Source: a virus
Lineage: Duplodnaviria; Caudoviricetes
IMG/VR virus record: IMGVR_UViG_3300031994_000079
Coordinates: 8,928-72,927 of that record
Direction: 5' to 3' (one strand)
DNA: 64,000 nt
Shown here: piece after piece, positions 46,523 to 54,805 of the stretch
Layout: every line of letters begins with the position of its first letter
Numbering within the stretch: position 1 is the stretch's first letter
Notes under the pieces: generated by a model
Seen by the model: the letters and a program-made list of their open reading frames with translations, nothing else
Told to the model about the DNA's origin: nothing
The model's database searches: none
Translations under genes and position numbers: made by a program

Positions 46523-48054
46523 TGGCATTGATAAATATACCTAAGCGAAGCACAAAAGAAAAAGATTTGGCACTTGCTAAGAAGTCAAATTCTGTTCAGA
46601 AAGCTATCCCCACTGTAAAGGGTGGGGGTAGCATTATTAACAAGATACAAACTATCCAAGCATTAGTTGAGACTAAACTTGGTAAATATAAAGATGAATA
46701 TATTATCATTCGTGATGAAGCCACGTTGATTGATTATATAGATGTATGTATAGAGAATAGTATAATATCTCTTGATACAGAGACAACCGGGTTAGACCCG
46801 TTGCTTGATGAGATAGTTGGTATATGTATCTATACACCGGGTGAGAAAGGTGCATATATTCCTATCAATCATGTTTCATATATAACATTAGAGCGAGTAG
46901 CTAACCAGTTAGATATAGATTTTTTGAATGAACAGTTTACAAGGTTATATGATTGTGAATTAGATAGCATAATGTTTAATGCCAAGTTTGATATAAGATT
47001 TATGAGAAACAAAGTTGGTGTTAAGAATATTTATTGTACATGGGATAGTTATTTAGCTCAAAGGTGTTTGAATGAGAATGAGCCACATAATGGTCTTAAA
47101 TTGTTACATGAGAAGTATGTTCTCAACGGTGAAGGTGATGCGTGGTCATTCGGTGATTTATTTAAGAATATATCATTTTCATATATACCGATTAAGACAG
47201 CATATCTGTATGCGGCACGTGACCCGGTTATTACATATGAGCTTTATGATTATCAGAGGAAATATCTGAAAGAAGATACCGATAGGGAAGATTTAAGAAA
47301 TGTGTATTGGATATTTAAGAACATAGAAATGCCGTGTGTATCTGTAGTAGCCGATATGGAAGATACTGGTATAGAGTTCGATTTCGATTATAATGAGAAG
47401 TTGAAAGAGAAGTACCATAAGTTATTGGAAGAACGTATACAGAGCTTTAACGAAATGTGCGGTATGTATTCTAAAGAAATACAAGAGTATAGAGACACAA
47501 CAGGTTCAAGTTGTAAATTAGATGACCCTATAAATATAAAGTCACCAACACAGCTTGCAATACTTCTCTATGATATAATGGGATGTGAAATACCAAAAGA
47601 TAAAAAGACCAAGAAAGAAGTACGGTCAACAAATGAAGAAACATTGAAGTCAATGGATAATCCTATTGCAAAAGCAATATTAGATTATAGAGAGTTTTCC
47701 ACTATTGTAGATACATTCATAGATAAGTTGCCTGAATGTGTCAATCCTAATGATGGTCGTATTCATTGTCAGTTTAATCAGTACGGTGCAAGAACAGGTA
47801 GATTTAGTAGTGAGAACCCTAATATGCAGAACATACCTTCTCATAATAAAGAGATAAGACAGATGTTTAAAGCAACAGATGATGAATCTATTTTGGAAAC
47901 AGAGAATGATATATTTATGGTGGACAAATTTGATGAAGTATACACATCTAATGGTTGGGTTAGTTGTAGCAAATTAAAAATCGGTGATGATTTAGACGGT
48001 TGTATAATCAAATCAATAAAACTCCAAGATGATAAGTATATTATAGGTGTATAG
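46522..48054 (+). CDS. polA: DNA polymerase family A, N-terminal piece (3'-5' exonuclease, thumb, start of palm)
   Basis: SLDTETTG, FNAKFD, YAARD; ARTGRFSSENPNMQNIP; ends in about 56 extra aa. Confidence 0.9.
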   Translation: MALINIPKRSTKEKDLALAKKSNSVQKAIPTVKGGGSIINKIQTIQALVETKLGKYKDEYIIIRDEATLIDYIDVCIENSIISLDTETTGLDPLLDEIVGICIYTPGEKGAYIPINHVSYITLERVANQLDIDFLNEQFTRLYDCELDSIMFNAKFDIRFMRNKVGVKNIYCTWDSYLAQRCLNENEPHNGLKLLHEKYVLNGEGDAWSFGDLFKNISFSYIPIKTAYLYAARDPVITYELYDYQRKYLKEDTDREDLRNVYWIFKNIEMPCVSVVADMEDTGIEFDFDYNEKLKEKYHKLLEERIQSFNEMCGMYSKEIQEYRDTTGSSCKLDDPINIKSPTQLAILLYDIMGCEIPKDKKTKKEVRSTNEETLKSMDNPIAKAILDYREFSTIVDTFIDKLPECVNPNDGRIHCQFNQYGARTGRFSSENPNMQNIPSHNKEIRQMFKATDDESILETENDIFMVDKFDEVYTSNGWVSCSKLKIGDDLDGCIIKSIKLQDDKYIIGV

Positions 48055-48185
48055 ATTTTTCACAACAAGTCACAAGCAACTTATCAGAGGAAAATATTGG
48101 AAGAAATGAAAAAAGGTTATTGTATGTTTAGGAGAAGAAAATATACTTTTGACATACATTGGTATAGAAAGGGAGGTGATGCCAA

Positions 48186-48245
48186 ATGAAAAAGTCGATA
48201 AGAGTTAGAAAAAATTATGTTCTAATGTCTGCCGACTATTCTTAG
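48186..48245 (+). CDS. polA: PolA motif-A mini-ORF (19 aa) ending in TAG
   Basis: GGGAGGTG RBS; MKKSIRVRKNYVLMSADYS*. Confidence 0.75.
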   Translation: MKKSIRVRKNYVLMSADYS

Positions 48246-48246
48246 G

Positions 48247-49155
48247 TCACAGCAAGAGCCAAAGGTCATGACTATGATGTGTCAAGACCCGAAGATGATA
48301 AAAGCGTATCAAGAAGGGAGAGATTTATATGCGGAGATTGCGTCACTTTCTTTCAATACAACTTATGATAATTGCCTTGAATTTAGACCCGACGGCACTA
48401 CTAACAGAGAAGGTAAAGAGCGTAGGAGCCAGGCAAAATCTATATTATTGGGCGTTCTCTACGGCAGAGGTGTCCCAAGTATTGCAGAACAGCTTGGAAC
48501 AACTACGAAAAAGGCTCAAACAATCAAAGATAGTGTAATGAAAGGTTTTCCTGCTATTGAAAAATTTGAACAGGATAGTTTAAGAATGGCAGAAGATTTA
48601 GGATATGTAACTACATTGTGGGGTAGAAAGAGAAGATTACCAGATTTACAATTAGATGAGTTTGAGTTTAAATGGAAAGATGGTGCACCACAAGATAATG
48701 ATGTACTGGATTTTGATGAAGAAATAGATTATAATGTACCTATAGAAACGCAGAAAAAATATCTTAGGTTATTAAGTCAAGCAAGATTCGGTGAGAAGCG
48801 TAAGATATTTGAAAAAGCTAACGCAGAAGGAATATGGATAATAGATAACGGGGCGAAGATAGCAGATGCACAAAGGCAGTGCGTAAATGCAAGAATACAA
48901 GGTTCAGCCGCAGATATGTCAAAGTTAGCTATGATAAAAATAGGTAATGATAAGATATTAAAAGAATTAGGTTTCAGAATGTTAGTGCCAGTACATGATG
49001 AAATCATAGCTGAATGTCCTAAAGAACATGCAAAGAAATGTGTAGAGAGGTTTTCACAGTTAATGTCAGAAGCACCAGGTGAAAAGTTTACAATACCTAT
49101 TAAGTGTGATGTAGATGTAACAGAATGTTGGTATGGAGATAAAGTTAAAATTTAG
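48247..49155 (+). CDS. polA: DNA polymerase family A, C-terminal piece in the +1 frame
   Basis: SQQEPKV..., motif B RSQAKSILLGVLYG, NARIQGSAAD, motif C VHDE. Confidence 0.9.
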   Translation, partial: SQQEPKVMTMMCQDPKMIKAYQEGRDLYAEIASLSFNTTYDNCLEFRPDGTTNREGKERRSQAKSILLGVLYGRGVPSIAEQLGTTTKKAQTIKDSVMKGFPAIEKFEQDSLRMAEDLGYVTTLWGRKRRLPDLQLDEFEFKWKDGAPQDNDVLDFDEEIDYNVPIETQKKYLRLLSQARFGEKRKIFEKANAEGIWIIDNGAKIADAQRQCVNARIQGSAADMSKLAMIKIGNDKILKELGFRMLVPVHDEIIAECPKEHAKKCVERFSQLMSEAPGEKFTIPIKCDVDVTECWYGDKVKI

Positions 49156-49975
49156 TATATTTATAACATCACATAATAGTCCATATGAATGTACATCTTA
49201 TGTTTCATTGAGGACAGCAGGATATACAGGTGACATATATATCGTTATAGATGATACTGACCCTCAGTTTGATGAATATGATAGGTCAGGAAATAATCTT
49301 GTAGTATTTCATAAGCAGGATTATGTCAAGAAATTAGATATAGGTATGTCTAAATTAAATCCTCAATTAGCCGCTGTATTGTATGCAAGGGCAGCTGTAG
49401 AAGATTTTGCAAAGCAAATGGACTTAGATTATTTTATGGTAATGGATGATGATATATATGGATTTAGGTATAGATATTCTGATAAAAATAAGTTATGTTC
49501 AAAGCCTGTTGAAAACTTTGATATTCTAATAGATAATTATATTCAGTTTATGAAAGAAAGTAATTCATTATGCCTATCTTTTGCACATGATGGCTCATTT
49601 ATAGGTGGGTTAAGTGCTATACCTAAAATATTGGAACGTAGGTCTTGTCATACAATATTTTTACGTGATACGTCAAAAGAGTTTGAGTGGAAGTTTGCAG
49701 TAAATGAAGATTATGTATCATCATTATTGTATGCTAACATAGGAAAATTGATGTTGACATTACCATTTGTTCAGAGAAATATATCAGGTATGAATGATAG
49801 ACAAGAAGGTATGCATGATTTATATGAGAGTACCACAGAGTTTCAAAGAGCTTTCTATAATGTAATAGCTTGTCCTTGGACATGTGTTGTTGCTGAATAT
49901 AATAATCATTTTGTTGTTAGAACAAATAAGTCCACAGCATATCCAAAAATAATAAGTAGCAGATATAGGAGATAA
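49133..49975 (+). CDS. GT-A glycosyltransferase, TAGT/GREB1-like (putative DNA base modification)
   Basis: IFITSH, IVIDDTD, YARA, VMDDDI, NED motifs. Confidence 0.7.
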   Translation: MEIKLKFSIFITSHNSPYECTSYVSLRTAGYTGDIYIVIDDTDPQFDEYDRSGNNLVVFHKQDYVKKLDIGMSKLNPQLAAVLYARAAVEDFAKQMDLDYFMVMDDDIYGFRYRYSDKNKLCSKPVENFDILIDNYIQFMKESNSLCLSFAHDGSFIGGLSAIPKILERRSCHTIFLRDTSKEFEWKFAVNEDYVSSLLYANIGKLMLTLPFVQRNISGMNDRQEGMHDLYESTTEFQRAFYNVIACPWTCVVAEYNNHFVVRTNKSTAYPKIISSRYRR

Positions 49976-49978
49976 ATT

Positions 49979-50374
49979 ATGCCATTGATAAATGTAAAGA
50001 AAAAGGAAATTGATAATACATATACAACTAAAGTACAGATACCACAATATATTCCAAAACAAGAAAAGCCACCTATAACAGGGTTAGTAGACACAGAGAA
50101 GTATTCAAAATTACTTTATAATATCAATAATAGTAATGTGTCTGAGGAAGAGAAGAAGTTTTTGAGGTTTGCGGCTGCAAGACATTTAGCATTTAACTAT
50201 TCATTGATAGCTGATTACTATGCCAACGCAGATAAAGAAATGCAAGAACTTATGGAACAGTCAGCGTTAGTAATATTGGATATAGATGATGCTATAGCTA
50301 ATGGATATGTTAAGTTATCGGATAGCATAAAGCAGTTATTAAAGGAGAGTGGTGAACTTGCATCTAAGGAGTAA
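49979..50374 (+). CDS. accessory protein between the two glycosyltransferase genes
   Basis: FLRFAAARHLAFNYSLIADYYA...LVILDIDDAIANG. Confidence 0.6.
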   Translation: MPLINVKKKEIDNTYTTKVQIPQYIPKQEKPPITGLVDTEKYSKLLYNINNSNVSEEEKKFLRFAAARHLAFNYSLIADYYANADKEMQELMEQSALVILDIDDAIANGYVKLSDSIKQLLKESGELASKE

Positions 50375-51233
50375 TTTTGTTGTATTTATATTATCTCATG
50401 GACGACCTAATAAAGTTTACACTTATGACACAATACGAAAATCAGGATATACAGGGCCTATTGTATTAGTGTTAGATAATGAAGATAATACTATTGACGA
50501 ATATAAGCATGTATATGAAGCAAAAGAAAATACAGGTGTATATGTATTTGATAAATTAGATATAGCTAATAGGTATGACGAAGTTGATAGAGGTAAAGAT
50601 AGACGTACAATATTTTATGCGAGAAATGCCTGTTTTGAAATAGCGAAAAAATTAGATTATACGTATTTTTTGGAACTCGATGATGATTATGTAAAATTTA
50701 GAAGTCGAGTAGATATAGATGGTAAGTTTGCAACTATATATCATACTGACCTCGATTCTTTATTTGAGATAATGTTACAATTTTTAGATGATACAAAAGC
50801 CTATACCGTAGCGTTTTCACAAACAGGAGATTTTATAGGTGGTATGGGTAGTAGAGTTTATAAAGAAAAATTATCAAGAAAGGCTATGAATAGTTTTTTC
50901 TGCACTATAGAGAGACCGTTTAAGTTTCTTGGTAGAATAAATGAAGATGTAAATACATATGTTAGTGAAGGTTCAAAAGGTAATCTTATGTTTACAATAG
51001 CTGATGCGTCATTAGACCAGACACAAACACAATCAAATTCTGGCGGTATGACAGAAATGTACCTAAATTCTGGCACATATGTGAAATCATTTTTTACTAT
51101 AATAACTAATCCATCAAGTGTCGTTATACATGAAATGGGTAGCTCTCATAAGAGAATACATCATTTAATAGATTGGAACAAAGCAGTACCAAAAATAATA
51201 AGTAGTAACTTCAAGAAAGGAGAGAAAGTATGA
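50349..51233 (+). CDS. GT-A glycosyltransferase, TAGT/GREB1-like (paralogue)
   Basis: ILSHGRP, YARN, ELDDDY, NSFF, GRINEDV, SGGMT. Confidence 0.75.
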   Translation: MVNLHLRSNFVVFILSHGRPNKVYTYDTIRKSGYTGPIVLVLDNEDNTIDEYKHVYEAKENTGVYVFDKLDIANRYDEVDRGKDRRTIFYARNACFEIAKKLDYTYFLELDDDYVKFRSRVDIDGKFATIYHTDLDSLFEIMLQFLDDTKAYTVAFSQTGDFIGGMGSRVYKEKLSRKAMNSFFCTIERPFKFLGRINEDVNTYVSEGSKGNLMFTIADASLDQTQTQSNSGGMTEMYLNSGTYVKSFFTIITNPSSVVIHEMGSSHKRIHHLIDWNKAVPKIISSNFKKGEKV

Positions 51234-52345
51234 AGTTTACAATCACAACGGCAGTGTTACAAGACATGCTGACAAAATCAACCAAATGTGCATCAAATGA
51301 CAATCAGAGACCATTAACAGGCTTGATAGCTATTCAGTTGAAGGATAATGTTCTTACGCTGATAACATCAAGCGCCACTAATTATCTGTATGTTCATAAA
51401 GATAAGATAGTTGGTGAAGATTTTTATGTAGTTGTGCCTGTAGAGATATTCTCTAAGTTAGTTTCCAAATTAACAGCGGAGAATACAACACTTGAACTTA
51501 AGGATAATAATCTGATAGTAACAAGCGGTGGTACATATACAATTGGTGTATCTATTGATGAAGAAGGAGAGCTTACGAGATATCCTGACCCATATAACAC
51601 AAGTGATGAGTTTACAAATTATAAGGCTTATCCTATTAAGAAATCAACGCTTAATCTTATTCTTTCAGTCAATTCAGCCTCGATAGCAGAAGGTGAGATG
51701 GCAAAAGATTTGCCCGAAGTTTACACAGGTTATCATATGTCAGATTCAATAGTAACCACAGATTCTATAAAGATGTGCGGTATAGATATAAAGGTATGTG
51801 ATGAGCCTATACTTGTAAGGCCTGAAACAATGAAGCTGACAGATGTATTTACCGAGGAGAACTTAGAGATAAGGATAAGTGATGATGCAAGAGGTAATAA
51901 GAATATCGTCATAACATCAGCAGGTGATATTGATTGCGATATAGTAAGTAAGTTGTTAGAGAACATGGAAGATTTTGCAATCAATGATATAAACGGCTTG
52001 TTAGCATCAGATTTTGCCAGCTCATGTGCAATAAGTAAAGTTAAATTCCTGCAGGCGTTAGATAGATTATCATTGTTTATAAATAAGTTAGACGATTTCG
52101 CCCTGTTTCTCACATTCACTAATGACGGCTTGAAGTTAGCGAATAAGAAGTCAAGTAGTGAGGAAGTAATAGCTTATGAAGCAAGTGATGATTTTAAGCC
52201 TTACTCATGTGTGCTTGATATAAACGCACTTACCAATCAGATAAAAGCAGTACCCGGTGATTTAGTAAATATCTACTATGGTAATGAAGTAGCTGTCAAG
52301 TTTGAAGATGGTAATATTACCCAGATGATAGCACTTATGCAGTAA
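51230..52345 (+). CDS. dnaN: DNA sliding clamp (beta subunit)
   Basis: 371 aa, three-domain pattern; RPLTG, TTDSIKM, ALDRLSLF. Confidence 0.8.
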   Translation: MKFTITTAVLQDMLTKSTKCASNDNQRPLTGLIAIQLKDNVLTLITSSATNYLYVHKDKIVGEDFYVVVPVEIFSKLVSKLTAENTTLELKDNNLIVTSGGTYTIGVSIDEEGELTRYPDPYNTSDEFTNYKAYPIKKSTLNLILSVNSASIAEGEMAKDLPEVYTGYHMSDSIVTTDSIKMCGIDIKVCDEPILVRPETMKLTDVFTEENLEIRISDDARGNKNIVITSAGDIDCDIVSKLLENMEDFAINDINGLLASDFASSCAISKVKFLQALDRLSLFINKLDDFALFLTFTNDGLKLANKKSSSEEVIAYEASDDFKPYSCVLDINALTNQIKAVPGDLVNIYYGNEVAVKFEDGNITQMIALMQ

Positions 52346-52352
52346 TCAAATA

Positions 52353-52385
52353 GGGCTAACGTGAAATATCGTTAGCCCATTGATT
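52353..52385 (+). terminator. terminator-like hairpin overlapping next promoter
   Basis: GGGCTAACG-8 nt-CGTTAGCCC. Confidence 0.7.
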
Positions 52386-52453
52386 TTCATATAAATATGT
52401 TATATAATGTTTATAGTTGAAAACAAACTTTTCAAGACAGCAAGGAGAATAGA

Positions 52454-52687
52454 ATGAGAGTAACAAAAACAGCTCAGGTATTAGAGCATCTTAAAAATCA
52501 CGGTACAATCACATCATGGCAAGCAATTCATGAGTATGGAGCAACTCGTTTATCCGCAATCATTTTCAATCTTAGAAAAGATGGATATGATATTGACACT
52601 AAGACAGAACTTACCAAAGACAGAAATGGTAATGTATGTCAGTATGCGAAGTATATTTTGAATAGAGAGGAGAATAAGAACAGATGA
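52454..52687 (+). CDS. winged HTH protein
   Basis: QVLEHLKNHGTITSWQAIHEYGATRLSAIIFNLRKDGYDI. Confidence 0.75.
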   Translation: MRVTKTAQVLEHLKNHGTITSWQAIHEYGATRLSAIIFNLRKDGYDIDTKTELTKDRNGNVCQYAKYILNREENKNR

Positions 52688-52738
52688 AACAGAATTTGAA
52701 AAATACAAAAAATTAGTATATAAGAAAGGAAGAATAAA

Positions 52739-53791
52739 ATGGGCAAATCATTAGCTATAAAATACAGACCTCATCAATGGTCAGATGTTATAGAGCAAAG
52801 TTCAATAAAAGTTATACTTCAGGAACAAATAAGAAGTAAAACTATAAAAAATGGATACCTTTTTGCGGGTTCAGCAGGAACAGGTAAGACAACTTGTGCG
52901 AGGATATTTGCGAATGAGATAAATGAAGGACATGGTACGCCGATAGAAATGGATGCGGCAAGTAATAATAGCGTAGATGATATAAGAAATGTTATAGCAC
53001 AGGCACAGACAAAGAGTTTGGATAGTGAATATAAGATATTCATTATAGATGAGGCTCATTCATTATCAAACAGTGCCTGGCAAGCAATGTTAAAAACACT
53101 TGAAGAACCGCCGGCAAAGTCTATATTCATATTCTGTACTACAGATCCACAGAAGATACCTAAGACAATACTTTCAAGAGTACAGAGATATGACTTTCAG
53201 AGAATAAGTCAGCAGGGTATTGTAGATAGGTTACTCTATATACTATGTGAAGAAAATGAATTAGATGATGGTGAGCGTGGAATAAGTGCAGAAGCAGTTG
53301 AGTATATAGCAAAGTTAGCCGATGGTGGGATGCGGGATGCAATAACATTGATGGATAAGTGTTTATCATATTCTACAGAATTAACCATAGAAAATATAGT
53401 AAAAGCCTTGGGTATAGCAAACTATGATATTATGTTCAGTTTACTTGATGGTCTTATAGAGCATAAGGCACAGTTTGTGTTAGAGCAGATAGATAGTATA
53501 TATAGCTCTGGTATAGATATGAAGCAGTTCATAAAATCATTCACCGAGTTTGTACTTGATGTATGTAAGTATGGTCTTACAAAAGATTTCTCAATGATAA
53601 GAATACCAAATATATATGATAGTGAGTTAAAGCAGTTTGGTGATTATGAGTTTTTTGTAAGTGCCGAATTGTTAAAAATGCTTATAGCATTGAATAATGA
53701 GATAAAGTGGGAGAGTAATCCTAAATATCCCATTGAAGCAAGATTTTTTATATTTAGTACAAGTGAGGTAGATAATGATAGTACAGTTTAA
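52739..53791 (+). CDS. dnaX: clamp loader gamma/tau-like AAA+ subunit
   Basis: LAIKYRP, GSAGTGKTT, EMDAAS, IIDEAH, SRV, GGMRDA. Confidence 0.92.
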   Translation: MGKSLAIKYRPHQWSDVIEQSSIKVILQEQIRSKTIKNGYLFAGSAGTGKTTCARIFANEINEGHGTPIEMDAASNNSVDDIRNVIAQAQTKSLDSEYKIFIIDEAHSLSNSAWQAMLKTLEEPPAKSIFIFCTTDPQKIPKTILSRVQRYDFQRISQQGIVDRLLYILCEENELDDGERGISAEAVEYIAKLADGGMRDAITLMDKCLSYSTELTIENIVKALGIANYDIMFSLLDGLIEHKAQFVLEQIDSIYSSGIDMKQFIKSFTEFVLDVCKYGLTKDFSMIRIPNIYDSELKQFGDYEFFVSAELLKMLIALNNEIKWESNPKYPIEARFFIFSTSEVDNDSTV

Positions 53792-53963
53792 ACCAAGACG
53801 AGCTAACATGAATAGCAATAGAGTTGAGGCTATGATAAAAGGTCAAATAGAATCATATGAATGTAACTCTTGTGGTAAAGAGTTTGAAGTGTTATTCGAA
53901 CAGTTTCCAGAAAGATGTCCTCATTGTAATATGAGAATAGATTGGGGGAATAGCGAAAAATGA
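53775..53963 (+). CDS. zinc-ribbon protein
   Basis: CNSC...CPHC. Confidence 0.6.
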   Translation: MIVQFKPRRANMNSNRVEAMIKGQIESYECNSCGKEFEVLFEQFPERCPHCNMRIDWGNSEK

Positions 53964-54805
53964 TAGGTCAGAATGAGTTGTTAGAACGATTTAAAGTTAT
54001 GGTAGATGATAGGACTGTAGTATTTCCTAAGTTTATAATCTTAGTAGGTCCTAAAGGTAGTGGTAAGAAAACAATGGCTAATGAGATATATAAGATGATT
54101 TCAGAATCTGCCGATATGAATGTTAATCAGTATGTACTTGAGGATATAAAAGTAGATACTGTTAGGTCAATGATAGCAGATGCGAATAAGGTGATAGAGC
54201 CTACTATATATGTTATACCAGATGCGGATAGAATGTCGGCAACCGCAAAAAATAGTATGCTAAAAATTACAGAAGAACCACCAGCAAATGCATGGTTTAT
54301 TCTTACATTAGAGAATGAGTACAATGCACTTGCCACAATAAGAAGTAGAGGTCAAGTGTATAAGTTACAGCCGTATTCTGGTACAATAATAATGGATTAT
54401 ATCAAGATGAGATTTAAAGATATATCTTTAGAGGAAACAGAGATATTACTTGATATATGTGAGACACCTGGTGAAGTAGAATTTTTATATAAAGCTGGCG
54501 TTATCGCCTTATATGAGTATGTGGAGAAAGTTGTAGAGAATATAGCAGTAGTTAGTGGTTCTAATGCTTTCAAGATAGGTAGTAAGATAGCTTTTAAAGA
54601 TGAGGAAGATAAGTATGACTTACGATTATTTTGGAAAGCATTTATGAAAGTATGTTCTGATAAAATGCGTGAGTTAAAGGACATAAAGTATGCAGATGCT
54701 ATTAGAATAACCAGTAAATACATGCAACAGTTAAGTACAACTGGTGTGAACAAGAGTTCGACATTCGATATGTTTATATTAGATATAAGGGAGAGTTGGT
54801 TATGA
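53960..54805 (+). CDS. holB: clamp loader delta-prime-like subunit
   Basis: GPKGSGKK, ADRMSATAKNSMLKITEEPP, TIRSRG. Confidence 0.8.
   Translation: MIGQNELLERFKVMVDDRTVVFPKFIILVGPKGSGKKTMANEIYKMISESADMNVNQYVLEDIKVDTVRSMIADANKVIEPTIYVIPDADRMSATAKNSMLKITEEPPANAWFILTLENEYNALATIRSRGQVYKLQPYSGTIIMDYIKMRFKDISLEETEILLDICETPGEVEFLYKAGVIALYEYVEKVVENIAVVSGSNAFKIGSKIAFKDEEDKYDLRLFWKAFMKVCSDKMRELKDIKYADAIRITSKYMQQLSTTGVNKSSTFDMFILDIRESWL

Noticed and set aside
47860-48212. Canonical splicing split intein
   Set aside because: No Cys/Ser at the N-junction and no His-Asn followed by Cys/Ser/Thr at the C-junction
48243-48245. Genome-wide TAG recoding as explanation for the polA stop
   Set aside because: TAG ends many intact genes (8108, 17349, 26672, 39047, 41384), and readthrough would not fix the frame change
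48055-48250. Group I/II intron in polA
   Set aside because: The 131-nt spacer and the 7-nt insert are too short and show no P7 or domain V core
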